Below, piece after piece: positions 41,991 to 57,575 of a stretch of DNA of 64,000 bases; the stretch's first letter is position 1, and each line of letters opens with the position of its first letter. This DNA comes from Octopus vulgaris (taxonomy: Eukaryota): positions 41,726,001 through 41,790,000 of the forward strand of contig OX597838.1 in NCBI GenBank assembly GCA_951406725.2, read 5' to 3'. The translations under genes were made by a program, and so were the position numbers. A model generated the notes under the pieces. It worked only from the letters and a program-made list of their open reading frames with translations. It was not told the DNA's origin and ran no database searches.

Positions 41991-42872
41991 CATACATGCA
42001 TACATACTTTTACATACACACACACAGATACATATATATGCATATTTGTATACATATATAAACATACATATACACACATATGTATATATATATATATGCA
42101 TATGCACATTATATGTATGTATATGTATATGTATATATTGTTGTTGTTGGCATCCTTTTGTCTCGGGACACAATGGAGTTGCGCATAAACTAATCCAGTC
42201 TGGTTTTTACATTTCATGTCCTCTCCAGTTTCCTCTCCAGTTTTGTCATATATATATATCCGTATGGCAATAAGAAAATGGAGGGGATCAAGAGGTGGTA
42301 GTCATCAACTTTTAGACATTATGTTCTGTCTATTTATTTATTTTTTAAAAAGAGAATTATACATACATGTATAACATATTATGCTTTACATATATAAAAT
42401 TACCAGTAATTATTGAAATATTAAATGTAGAACTGACTTTGGGCAAAACAAATACAGGAGGATCAGTTAATGGGATTTTATTGAATGTATTCTGCTCTCA
42501 GATTCACACACTTTTTGCAGCGGTCCTTCAGTTTTTTAAGCCCTGTAAAAGAACTCAGAGGGTTGAGCCTCCAACCAGGCCTTTTGCAATACCCTTAAAG
42601 CCAGGAATTTTCAGCATCCCCTCATATAAACAGCAGTAGAAAAGAAACAGATATAAATACAGAATAGAGGAAATTTTTGTATTCAATTATTTACTGGAAG
42701 CTTGTGTGAAATATAGCAAAACTGATATTATGAAAAGTAGTAGCCATGAGTGAAGTAGTTCAAATGACAAGGAACTATATCTAACAGACCAAACGGTAAG
42801 CAATACCAAAGATACAAATAAAAGATAGATTTATTAAAATGAATCTTATAAGAAGAGGAATATATTGAAAGG

Positions 42873-43997
42873 GAAGATGAGTACCAACACTTCCATAATG
42901 GAATAAGCAGACGTGCTTCAAGAGGAAACAGCTAAGATTTTACCATACCTACCTACATTATATATATAAGTATGTATGTATGTATGTATGTGTGTGTGTG
43001 TATGTATGTATGTATGTATGTATGTATGTATGTATGTATGTATGTATGTATGTATGTATGTATGTATGTACGTATGTATGTATGTATGTATGTATGTATG
43101 TATGTATGTATGTACGTATGTGTGTGTATGTATGTATGTATATATGTATGTATGTATGTATTAGCCATGAGGTGGAGTAGTACAATGACAAGGGACTATA
43201 TCTAACAGGCCATGACTAAATGGTAAACAATATCTAAGATACAGACAAAAGAGGGAATGATTAAAAGGAATCCCATCCTTTTAATTAGAAGAGGAATACA
43301 TCCAAAGGGAGCCCCTTCTTTCTACCCTTTTTCTTGTCTGGCATTAACAGCTTTAACCAATTTATTAAACCAGGCTGGACACAAATGTGAAAGAAGAACT
43401 GATGTGAAAGTCCATTTAGAAAAAAAAAACATGTCAAATTAACCTTGAAATAGAAAAACAATTAATTCAACTACTAACGGGAAGTTAGATAAAGAAATAG
43501 AGGTAATTAGATCAAATATAGACTGAAGAATTACAAAAAAGAATTAATGAATCAGACAGAATATATGAGAGAGAAACGAAAGAAAATATTACAAAGAAAT
43601 ATTCAAGACACAAAAGATTAATTCTTAAAGGTGATCTCAATGTCAGAAATAACATCATGGATATCAATAGTTCAGTGGAGGTGGTGGTGGTGGGGGAGTT
43701 ATGATTTATATTATTCTCAACTGGAAGCTAAATAAATTAGAAAGATTAGACAGGTAAAAATAAGAAAGTGACTGCTATTAGAATAACTTAAAAGTTGACA
43801 TAGGTTATACTTAACATGAAAGCTAGAAAAACTATTAAAGACTATTTACTGTAGGACTACAAAAATATCTGGTAAAGACCAGAGGGAAATATTGTTATAC
43901 TTGGAGATGATTATATTTTGTCAATTAAAAACATGTCTGTAGTGGTGCATGTATTTAATTAACAAAATATGTCCATCGCCAAGGATAACAAGATCTG
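42873..43997 (+). repeat. Right arm of the inverted repeat; contains PLE-terminal remnant, (TATG)n and a decayed LINE APE-endonuclease fragment
   Basis: Match to 36511-37600 reversed; LKGDLNV (GDFN-type motif) at ~43624-43645 amid frameshifts and stops. Confidence 0.95.
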
Positions 43998-44480
43998 TTG
44001 CAACACACGATTTTGCATCAAGAATCTTGTAAAACAAATACAGAAATGTAATAAAGGGAAATTAAAGGAAAAATCTTGAAAACTTGAATAAAAAGAAAAG
44101 AAAAACAATAACAAACAGCATTTAGTCTTCAGGAAAACAACAGAGCAATAACAAAACAAAAAAACTATATAATGAAGAAAAAAGAAAGTAAACTAAAAGC
44201 TGGATTAAAGGTGAACACTCTGAGCTGTTTGTGAGTAAAGGCATTGCATAAGCAATACCTGATACGACTGAGTGAATGAAGACGAAACTCAGAGTTTTCT
44301 CTTGCGTTCCTGGCTAGAAACTTTCACAAGTATAAAGTAACTGCAGGATATGTGGAATCCATGTGGAAACAATTAATCACATTCTTTCTAACTAATCAGT
44401 CTTAATTAAAACACATGGCAGAGTTGGAAGTTTTATTCACAGGTAACTAGAAGGAAATACATCAAACAGAAAAATATGAA

Positions 44481-44545
<65 letters not shown>

Positions 44546-44695
44546 GCATACATACTTTATTTAAAAGCAGCAGAAATATAACAATATTTCTGCTGCTTTT
44601 AAATAAAGCATATTACTCTACCTCTGGTATTTGAGTACTCTTTTTTCCACCTTGTTTCACATTTATGTGCTTACTCCGGTATATATATATACATA

Positions 44696-44731
<36 letters not shown>

Positions 44732-44783
44732 CACACACACACACACACACACACACCTCTGTATATATATACACACATACATA

Positions 44784-45688
44784 CAAGGGGTACCCCAAAG
44801 TAACCTGAAACATTCCCTGTGGGACAAACCCTTTGTAGTTCAGGCTTCTGCCACTGGAAGCCACTTGATGCAACCCTCAGGCATCAGTCTGCCAACTAGC
44901 AGCATCAGGTGGAGTCATGCTTTCATGTGGTGCATTTTTGTTTTGCAGTACTTCTCTCTTGTTTTTTGATTTTTGTGATGGCTGAAACAAAGGAACAGCG
45001 TGCTTCCATGAAATTCTGTTTCCTGCTGAGGAAAACGGTAACCAAAACAGTTGTCATGCTTCAAACAGCTTTAGAAAGACACGGCCATGAGCAAAACACA
45101 AGTTAACAAGTGGTTTTCATGCTTCAGGAATGGTCATTTGTCACTTGAAGACCAACCTCATACAGGACCACTGTCGACCTCCCAAATGAATGAAAGCATT
45201 ACGAAAATTCATGAACTGATCTTGGAGTACCATCACCAAACAAGTGAAGAACTTGTTGATATGACTGGTGTATCCTGGAGTTCCTGCCAATGATTTTTGA
45301 GTGAGGAATTGCGAATGCAAAGAGTTGCAGCAAAATTTGTCTTGCTTGTTGACGGAAGATCAAAAGCAGTCACGACTGAATGCTTGTTGTGAAATGAAAG
45401 AACAGTTGGAAGTTAATCCAGACGTTTTTTGCAAAGGTCATTACTGGTGATGAAAAGTGGTGTTATGAAATTTGCAGATGGGCAAAAGGTGAAGGGAAAA
45501 ACGATGGAAGCATTAAAGGACATCACTTTGCAAGAGGCCCAGCACTGCTTTGAAGAGTGATAGACATGGTTGGACCGATGCATTGCTTCAAATGGTGAAT
45601 ACTTTGAAAGCAAAAAAAGTGTAAATATGTGAAACTGTGTGAATAAAATAATGTTACAAAATTCTGGTTTCTTTTGGGTATCCCTTAG
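44784..45688 (+). mobile_element. Internally deleted mariner (Tc1/mariner) transposon with both TIRs
   Basis: TIRs CAAGGGGTACCCCAAAGTAACCTGAA / TTCTGGTTTCTTTTGGGTATCCCTTAG after TA; transposase fragments EQRASMKFCFLL, MSKTQVNKWF, VITGDEKWCY. Confidence 0.92.
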
Positions 45689-45695
45689 AACATAT

Positions 45696-45754
<59 letters not shown>

Positions 45755-46308
45755 TGTCGTTACGTTACAATAATTTCATGAAAAAACAATTTTTCATGAA
45801 ATTGAAGGAGTAAAAGATTTATTATTATTCTTTAACAAGAATTGTAGAGACAGTGACTTCGCAGTTTTGAAGTTAAATATATAATATTGTGGGGTGGGGG
45901 TGAGAGTGTGTGTGGAGGGAGGGGTGATTATGTGTGTGTGTGTGTGTGTGTTTGTGTGTTTGCGTGTGTGCATCTTTGAGATTGGCCTACCACTGCTTCA
46001 CAACTGGTGTGGGTTTATTTATGTCCTCATAACTTTCAGCTGAAAGAGTTTGACAGGATCAGAATCAAAAAAGGGTTTCATTTTACTAAATCCTTGTATG
46101 GTTGCTGACAAGTGATAGAAACAATTGAAAGAATAAAAAATACAAACATATACACTCACACATTTTTATATATACGCATACATATACACACATACATATA
46201 TATATTTCACATACATGCACACTAACACATACACACACACATAAACATTTGTATACATACATATATACATATATACATACATGTATATATATATATATAC
46301 ATATATGG

Positions 46309-46422
<114 letters not shown>

Positions 46423-46847
46423 CGGGAAGCTTTATGAAAATAGACAAAAGACGAAGGCAGGTTTACGGAAATAAACAAAAGACGAAGGCAGGTGGAATAC
46501 AAACAAACAATTGTATTAGTATGGCGCTCAGGAAATATAAATAAAACAAGTCTTTAATGTTTCGAGCCTACGCTATATATATATATATATATATATATGG
46601 ATGTATACATATATATATATTATTTCTTTACTGCCCACAAGGGGCTAAACATAGAGGGGACAAACAAGGACAGACGTGTTTAAGTCGATTATATTGACCC
46701 TAGTGTATAACTGGTACTTAATTTATCGACCCCGAAAGGATGAAAGGCAAAGTCGACCTCAGCGGAATTTGAACTCAGAACGTAAAGACGGACGAAATGC
46801 TGCTAAGCATTTCGCCCAGCGTGTTAACGTTTCTGCCAGCTTGCCGC

Positions 46848-46907
<60 letters not shown>

Positions 46908-46915
46908 TACATGAA

Positions 46916-46946
<31 letters not shown>

Positions 46947-47460
46947 TTGTGCAAGTGGAGCCAGTCATCCCTTATCATCAGATTTGCCTTGCCCTTGAGT
47001 CTACCATACTGTCACTGTTTTAGGTGCATATGTACCGTTGAGGAGACATAGACATACTACTGCCCCACCCCCTCACCTCACCCTTGACACGTACTTGTAG
47101 TGCATCACCAAATCATCATCATCATCATCATCTTCAAGCATTCGTTTATCTTCTTGTGTTACATTTGCAACGAAGCTCCCTTATGACTTGTTCCCAAAAA
47201 GAAGCACTTCTCCTTTCATCCCGTCTGCAGAGTCCCACATTGAAATGCAGTTCTCTAGCACCAATGGGTGTGCATCCATCTGCAGAAATCTGCAATGTGG
47301 TTAGGACTGTGGTGGTTGCTACATCTGCAGTTAGGTCGTTGTATTCCGCATTTGATGTGCACCAAATTATTTTATCAATTGCTCTCGTTAGTTTTGTTTT
47401 TGTTAAGTTTATTATTAATTAGATTTATTAATTGCAGCTTAGAATGTAATTCCCTTTCGC

Positions 47461-47462
<2 letters not shown>

Positions 47463-47498
<36 letters not shown>

Positions 47499-48047
47499 TG
47501 TATGTATGTATGTATGTATGTGTGTTTGTATGTATGTGTGTATGTATGTGTGTATGTATGTATGTATGTATGTGTGTGTGTATGTATGTATGTATGTATG
47601 TGTGTATGTATGTATGTGTGTTTGTATGTGTGTATGTATGTATGTATGTGTGTATGTATGTGTGTATGTCTGTATGTATGTGTTTGTATGTATGTATGCA
47701 TGTATGTGTGTATGTATGTATGTATGTGTGTATGTATGTATGTATGTGTGTATGTATGTATGTATGTATGTATGTGTGTATGTATGAATGTATGTGTGTA
47801 TGTATAGGCAATAAAAACAAAACTGTATGCATAGTGAATGTTTACCACTGGCACCAGAACCAGAACCATCACCATGTAAACCACCTCCATCACCAACACC
47901 ACCATGTGAAGCACATCTACCACCACTGCCGCCACCGCCGCTACCATCACCACCACCCCTGCCACCACAACCACCACCACCACCAATACCAACACTATTT
48001 GAACCATCACCACCATCATCATCACCAACACCACCGCCACCATCACT

Positions 48048-48090
<43 letters not shown>

Positions 48091-48240
48091 CCATCGTCCC
48101 CACTACCATTGCCTCTGTCAGTTGTGTTAGTGGCAGTGATATTGATGATGCTGATGCTGATGTTGATGATGAGAGTAGTGGTGGTCATGGTTATGATGGT
48201 TGTGTAACAGCTATTGCTGTTGGTGTTGCCAATGAAATTA
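47463..48240. repeat. (CA)n, (TATG)n and (CAC/CAT)n simple-repeat cluster
   Basis: Directly visible. Confidence 0.95.
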
Positions 48241-48597
48241 GTGAATATCGTCAAACAATAACAGGAAAATAAATACCAAAAAGAGGTGGGATTTAACCAG
48301 CAAAATCCACAACAATAGCAATAATAATAATCATAATCATAATAATAATAATAATAATAATAATAATGGTTTCTATTAGAAGAAATATTCTAAGAAAGAG
48401 AGGGAGGGGAGATGAAGAGAGGAAGAGAGCAAGAAGAAAAGAAAGAGGAATCTTAGCAAAACAGGAATTGTGGGAATTGTTTCATAGTGTTGTTGTTTTT
48501 AAGGGGGTAGGCAATTTTTGTATATATAGATTTGGTTTTTTTTTTTCATATTTTTTTTAGCATATTTGTCAAAGAAAGCCATAAAAATCTCACTCAC

Positions 48598-48913
48598 ATT
48601 GCGTTTCCGGGACTGCACCATGGCCATGTGGCTGCACTGGTTGTGACTGCAGTTGAGACTGGAACAGCTGTCTGTAAAGCTGTGCGTATAATTCTGATGA
48701 CAGACGCATTCCAATCCTTGTGGAATTCACTATCCGACTTGCAAGAGAACCGGTTTGTGGCTTAGGAGGTTCACTGATGTTTGCCGAGGGAATCTGTTCC
48801 TTCAAGCTCTGCACGAAAGATCTCGCAATCTGGCCAGAGCTGGTGAGATTCAAAGCACTGGCACCGCAACAAAATCTGGTGAGGAAGAGAATCAGTAGGA
48901 GATTCCACTTCAT
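48598..48913 (-). CDS. Coding exon 1 of an uncharacterised secreted glycoprotein (MKWNLLLILFLTRFCCGASA-LNLTSSGQ...PETQ)
   Basis: ATG at 48913; signal-peptide pattern (K, hydrophobic LLLILFL, ASA cleavage motif); non-repetitive ORF ending at a consensus donor T|GTGAGT (48597-48592), phase 1; long pyrimidine tract upstream (48970-49050 on minus) implies a preceding non-coding exon. Confidence 0.82.
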
Positions 48914-49184
48914 ACTATCTTGTTGCCCTGTTGCTTAGTAACCGGAACTTTGGTTAAATATTTAAAGGATAATAAAAAAATGACAAAAAATAAGTAAAAA
49001 TAAATGGAGAGTAAAACGTGAAAAACTGGGGGCAGAAAAAAAAAATTTGAACAAATGCAAGAGTGATCCATGCATGCTCCTGCGACTACAACATCTAACA
49101 TTTCAGCCACAATCAGCGATCTACTTGGACAATAGAAACAGCAACTACAACAGAAGCATCAAATGTAATTGCAACATTTACATG

Positions 49185-51390
<2,206 letters not shown>

Positions 51391-52039
51391 TATATAACAA
51401 AGTAAAGTTGTAAGATACCGCACGAGTGGAAATATATATGAAAGAAGGTTTGAAAATGCAATTTTAAAAGATGTTTATTCACTTGAACGGTTTCACTTTT
51501 TTAGAAAAAGATTGTCAAAAATAAAATGTAAAGCTTTGTATGAACTTTGTTGTGTTAAGTACTGGTTTTCACAAAAGTATTAAAATACAGATATACATTC
51601 TTTGATAATAATAAGAAAATGTTAAAAACAGTTTACAAGGAAATATTTGAGAAAATATTCAACAAAAAAGTATTAGGAATTCAATATAAATCATGTTTGT
51701 TTGGAAGTATATATAAACACAGAAGGAGATATGTTTAAGAATTTACATAAAATTGGAGAGGAACCAACCTGTCTTTTTGGCATTTTTTCTATTTTGTGTG
51801 TAGCTAAGGAATGTTTGCTATCTTAAGGGACAGTGTGGGAGGTTCGTTGGGGCGAGGAGAAGGAGGAGCAATGTGGAATTAAAAGGATTTTTTTTTGTTT
51901 CTGGGCTAGTCTGTCATGGTTCAGTGGTTTTGGGGACTGGTCTCAGAGGTCAGAATGGTGTGAGTGTGTGTGTGTCTGTGCACAGAGGTGTTCACAGACA
52001 CACACACACACTCACACACACACACACACCTCCATCCAT

Positions 52040-52800
52040 CTTCTTGACCCACTATTGTTGGGGTGGGTCTGAGTGCAGAGTTCTTACACACTTCCTCCGT
52101 AGGGCCCTATCAAAAATAACTGTCATTAGACTTTCTGGTTGGATTTCCAAACACGACCAGCTGAGACAATGCATATCGTCCTAGTCATCTCATTCTTGCT
52201 CTATCCCAGGGTCTCTTGGTGGGCTCAGTCTGAAGAATCTGTCTTGCAATTCTTTCCTGCAACATTCTAATCCCATGTCCTTTGCACCAGAACTGTAAAC
52301 TTTCAATATGGAAAAGTTGTGACTCAACCTGAAGAGGTCTCCAGGCTATGCACCTTGTCGACTAACTTTATTCCAAAAATCCTTCAGAAGAACCCCATTT
52401 TGGTTGCACGTATTTGCAACCATGCTCTTTTGGTCATTACCCAACATTTATGAGTATAGGTGAATATAGGTACAAATACCAAATTGAAGAAAGTGAGTTT
52501 GGCTTTTTTACCAACCTTTCTTCTTTTGAAGACCAAATGTCGCAGGTGGCACTCTACTGTGCCAGCATATGCAATTCTAGCATCCAATCAGTTTTCAGCT
52601 CCCTATTACTCATGAATACAGTCCTAAGATAATTACACTTCTCCATCTGTCTCAATGGTATTCCATTATATATGTATGTATGATGGACTCTTCCATCAAA
52701 GGTGACGTATGAGTGTTCAATGAGAAGACAGAAGGCAAATTGAACAAAGCAGACAATCAACAACGCACATTGCTATTACTAGTTTTCAATTCAAATGCTT
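52040..52800 (-). mobile_element. Decayed RTE-like LINE 3' part (related fragment at 57620-57960)
   Basis: KAKLTFFNLVFVPIFTYTHKCWVMT motif (ORF 52384-52587), NYLRTVF (FKYLG-like). Confidence 0.7.
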
Positions 52801-53081
52801 TCAATTTATTCACTTTACCTGGTGACTCCTCGTGTGAGTTCTCAGGCCATCAAAAGCAATATGGATTTCCAGAATTGTCCTATTCTTTGTCCTATCATCC
52901 CACATGAAATCTGTTCTGTTAAGTAATGTTCCTACGATAAAGTGTCCAAGTCTCTTTTCCATGTAAGAGTTGTTATGTCATCTGACTTATACGCATCTAT
53001 TTTTGTGTGTGTATATATGTACATCATACGTACATATATGTCACACACACACACACACACACATACACATATATATATATC

Positions 53082-53112
<31 letters not shown>

Positions 53113-53777
53113 TATGTATGTGTGTGTGTGTGTGTGTGTGTTTATGTGTGCGTTACATATATTAGTGTGTGATTTTACTAAGATCTGGTGTACAGGAAGT
53201 AGTTGTGCAGATGAATAATTTTCAGTGGGTGTAGCTTGCACTGCGCTACCGCCACCTATTGAAGAAGACTTTTGCCAGTGTGACATGAAAATTGACAAAA
53301 CCAGGAACTTCCAAGGCCTTAAGTTTTATTCAAGAGATTTCCTTCTCCTGGAAAGATTACCAACCAAGTAATGCCTCAATATACAAGTTAATTCATTCCT
53401 AGAGAATGCTCATAAAACAAAAACTCATAACCAGAAAATATAACTCGTTAAAACTTGTAAACGAAGGGCCTCATAAAGTTAGGTATTACTGTATATATGT
53501 ATATGTCACACATACACACACGTACGTACGTACACCTATTGAACATGTGCATGCATACATGTTCATAAACAGAAATAAATGGAAAAAATGTTGTTAAATT
53601 TGAAGATTAACACTCGCACGATTTTCACTAAGAAAAAAAATCGTTTTTTTTGCATGGAATCAACTACTCTGGCCTCAAAACCTTTTTTGCAGTGCGTGAA
53701 ATGGAGTGCGGTGTGGTGGAAGCCTCACAAATTGTACCCATTTATATTGTGTAATTCACTGACAAATTGTTACTCAC

Positions 53778-53900
53778 CTTTTTGTTTCTTTGTTGTTAAA
53801 TAAATGGATTGTCATCAAAACACTTTTTTACTCGGTGTAAAATAAAAACAAAACTCTTTCGCACCCAAAGTAATGTGTGTGAGAGAGAGAGGGGAGGGAG
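53778..53900 (-). other. Candidate 5' UTR exon of the minus-strand gene (5' limit unknown)
   Basis: Consensus donor AAG|GTGAGT at 53778/53777 in unique, TE-poor sequence ~4.8 kb upstream of the acceptor preceding the ATG exon; GA-rich tracts nearby. Confidence 0.35.
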
Positions 53901-54364
53901 AAAGATGAACGATTTAAAATAAATAAATGATTTAAAATAAATATATTGTAATTGTTGTGTGAAACATTAGCTGAAACTGGAAAAATCAAAATCAAAATCA
54001 AAATCATACTATGATTATAAAATATAGTGTCTTTCAAAAACAAAAAACAAAACATTTTACATTTTATTTTTTATGAACGTAGTCACTTACTCTCTCTCTC
54101 TCCCTCTCTCACTTTGTCTTTCTCGTGAAACTCTCTGCTTCCTTCTTCCACTTTTCTTTATCTTTTTTTTTGTTAGACGCCATCGAAAAGCAATGACTGA
54201 TATTTGTTATGGTTAAAAGCTATGGTTGAAAATAGATTTTTACCCTATCTGCGGGTGCCTCGGGCAAAAAATAAGTTGACAAAACCCAGATAGGGTGTTG
54301 ACAAATATCCTCCTAAAATTTGAGCGGCACGTGTGCTAATTTGTGGATGTGCATAAATTACAAT

Positions 54365-54400
<36 letters not shown>

Positions 54401-54989
54401 CATCCTCCCTTTTATAGGTATGATATATATATATACATACACATATATGTAAATATGTAAATATAAAGAAAATAACATTTGTCTTTTTTATAAGCCTCAA
54501 AACGTGTATTGTACAATAAAAATAAAATCTTTTTCGGAACACAGAATTGCTGTTAAAATTGCAGAAATATTGAGTAAATTACCCTTACAAAGCAGAAAAA
54601 TTTGTCAACAAGTAGCCATGAGACTCAAACTCACATCCTCCACGACACCAGGAGTGTGCTTGACCATTAAGCTAAACTACCCACTGACAAATTTATCCAC
54701 TAAATTTATCTGCTATGTGTATATAAATATAAATTTTCCACTTTGTAAGGGTAATTTACCCAGTTTTTTTGCTATTTTAATAGCAATTCTGTGTTTGAAA
54801 AATATCATCTTATTTGTATCGTACAATATATATATATATATATAAATGTATGTATGCACACAAATATACACATATATATGGTTAGTTCATACTACTCCAT
54901 AAGGAGCATAGGACCGTGACCATTTCTTTTCTAGCTCTATTCTATATGAGCCAGATTATCAGCATATATATATATATGTATAAGTATAT

Positions 54990-55180
54990 AAAGTTAATCC
55001 AAACATGAAAACACAACAATGTGAGGACGTGGAACAAGTATAGTATAATTGGACGCTCAGGAAAAAGGAAAGAAGGAGGGTTTAATGTTTCGAGCGGAGC
55101 TGTTCGTTAGAAACATTGGAAAAGAAGGGAAGACGGAGGGAAAAAATCGCCAATGGTACACACGAGGTCACATTTTGAAT
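54990..55180 (-). mobile_element. Short PLE-terminal-like element in (TA)n with hammerhead-like core (truncated relative at 41866-41918)
   Basis: Minus 55081-55113: TTT-CTAACGA-ACAGC-TCC-GCTC-GAAA-CATT-AAA. Confidence 0.55.
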
Positions 55181-55185
55181 GTATA

Positions 55186-55269
<84 letters not shown>

Positions 55270-55270
55270 A

Positions 55271-56384
55271 TGCTCAATCTGTAAGAAAGGTACAGGTAGA
55301 AACTCCATAAGATGCACCCAATGTAAGCTATGGACACATAAGAGGTGCAGCAACATTAAAGGGAAATTAACAGATAAGATAGCTTTCATGTGCTGCAGAT
55401 GCACAGGGACAATAGACACAACAGACACTCAGAAAACAGATTCCATCACACTCCAGGGAGAGAAACTAGAAGTAGTTGATAGTTTCCGCTACCTGTGTGA
55501 CCAAGTTAGTAGCGGAGGTGGATGCACAGAGAGTATCACCACTAGAATACGAATAGCCTGGGCAAAGTTCAGAAAGCTCCTACCCCTACTGGCAACAAAA
55601 GGTCTCTCCCTCAGAGCGAAAGGTAGACTGTATGATGCATGTGTGCGAACTGCCATGCTTCACGGTAATGAAACATGGGCTGTGACTGCAGAGGACATGC
55701 GTAGACTTGAAAGAAATGAAGCTAGCATGATCCGCTGGATGTGTAGTGTCAGTGTGCACGCAAGACAGAGTGTAAGCATCCTGAGAGAAATGCTGGATAT
55801 AAGAAGCATCAGATGTGGTGTGCAAGAGCGACGCTTGCGATGGTATGGTCATGTGCTGCGGATGGATGAAGAGAGATGTGTGAAGAAGTGCCACTCCCAA
55901 ACAGTTGAAGGTATCAGGGGGAGAGGTAGACCCAGGAAGACATGGGATGAAGTAGTCAAGCATGACCTCAGAGCATTGGGCCTCACTGAGGCAATGGCGA
56001 AGGACCGAGATCTCTGGAGATATGCTGTGACTGCAAAGACCTGGGCTGCTTTCTGCAGCAATTCCACATACCCCCTACCCATTCAAAGTACCCCGGATCC
56101 CCAAAGTACCCCAGATCCCGTTGCCCCCGTGCCTCTGGCACGTTAAAAGCTCGAACCGATCGTGACCGATGCCGGACCCCCCGGCCCCTGTGCAGGTGGC
56201 ACGTAAAAAGCACCCACTCCACTCACGGAGTGGTTGGTGTTAGGAAGGGCATCCAGCCGTAGAAACTCTGCCAGATCAGACTGGAGCCTGGAGCGGCCCC
56301 TGGCTTCCCAGACCCCGGTCGAACCGTCCAACCCGTGCTAGCGCGGAAAGCGGACGTTAAACGATGATGATGATGATGATGATG

Positions 56385-56386
<2 letters not shown>
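55271..56386 (+). mobile_element. 5'-truncated RTE-clade LINE with open C-terminal ORF and (GAT)n tail
   Basis: Uninterrupted ORF with Cys/His finger (CSIC...CTQCKLWTHKRC...CCRC), LEVVDSFRYL, RRLRWYGHVLRM, RGRGRPRKTW motifs typical of RTE post-RT region; 3' (GAT)n; flanked by (TA)n. Confidence 0.93.
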
Positions 56387-56416
<30 letters not shown>

Positions 56417-57222
56417 TTATATATATGCATGTATGAATGTATATGCATATGCATATGTGTGTGTGTATACATTTATACATATGTATCTATGTATGAATAT
56501 GTTGTCGTCATCATCATCATCATCGTTTTAACATTTGCCTTCCATGCTGGCATCGGTTGGACATATGTGTGTGTTTGTGCGTGAGTGAGTGTGCATATTG
56601 ATGTTTCTTTTTCTCTGTATCTTGTTTCTTTTTTTTGTTTTTCTTGTCAGTCTGCACTACAACCTGACAAACTCCTTAAACGCACCAACCTTTCTTAACT
56701 TCCTACCCCCTGCTAACCTTTAGCATACCAAGTAGACTGTCTAGTCTACCTCATAAATTATGCATTACCAGTAGAGGTTTTTGATATCCATACTCTGTAG
56801 AATATATTTCCTTATTTTTCTTAGTTTTGATCAATTACATATCCATGTTAATGAAACACCAGCAAACAGCAAAAAGTAATTGAAAAGAATTGCCACAGCT
56901 TCTATTGAAATGGAAAAAAAAAAGCATTATAATTCATGGAGGTGGTGGTAATGGTGATGATAGTGGTGGTGAGGCTGGTGGTGGAGGCAGTGGTGGTGAT
57001 GATCCAATAATATTGAGCTATTTATTATGGTGATACTTTTGTAGGAGGTACTTCAGAAATATCCTGCTTGTATTATTGGTTGCAGTGATGTGATGATTAT
57101 GGTACTTGCCACTGGTATTACTGGTATGACATAGTGACAAAGTTCTAGTTGCAGGAGTTTTGGTGTTCAGGATGTAGTGGAGTTGTTTTACTTCAAATCC
57201 AGCCATGACCATGCCATCTTGT

Positions 57223-57575
57223 TTATTACCTCCATCTTAGCGAAGGCAGAGGTATACTTTCAGCCGTGTTTGTTTGTGGACAAGATATCTCAAGAACCGC
57301 TGGATGGATTCAGATGAAACTTTCAGGCATGTCTGGCTTTGTGACTGGCATGAACTGAAAAGATTTTGGGATCGATCTGGTACCGGACAAGGTTTCTGGA
57401 TTATTTTTCCAGTTTTTTTACTAATTTTTGAGAGTGACCAGGTTCATTTTTAGTATTCTCACTTGTGAGAGCAGTCGAGTTTATTTCAGACATTCTCATT
57501 TTAAAAATCCTCTCCAGCTTATCATTGAGAGGACATTGGTGTTGCCTTGGCAGAGGTTTGCACTCTCTGAGTGCT
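57223..57575 (+). mobile_element. Non-autonomous Helentron/DINE-like element
   Basis: 5' TTATTACCTCC...GGCAGAGGTA hairpin, GTTT microsatellite, 3' GGCAGAGGTTT-GCACTCTCTGAGTGC hairpin followed by T run. Confidence 0.65.

Noticed and set aside
36511-43997. Polinton/Mutator/Foldback transposon with 1.1-kb TIRs
   Set aside because: No TSD at outer ends (TCTCATCTCC vs TTGCAACAC), no transposase or polymerase inside, and decayed LINE-like sequence appears to continue beyond the right arm.
47439-48254. Gly/Asp-, His- and Pro-rich ORFs (cuticle- or beak-protein-like)
   Set aside because: Degenerate trinucleotide repeats open in several frames on both strands, no signal peptide or splice support.
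55049-55270. N-terminal part of the 365-aa ORF
   Set aside because: Fortuitous read-through of a PLE-like repeat and (TA)n into a 5'-truncated LINE.
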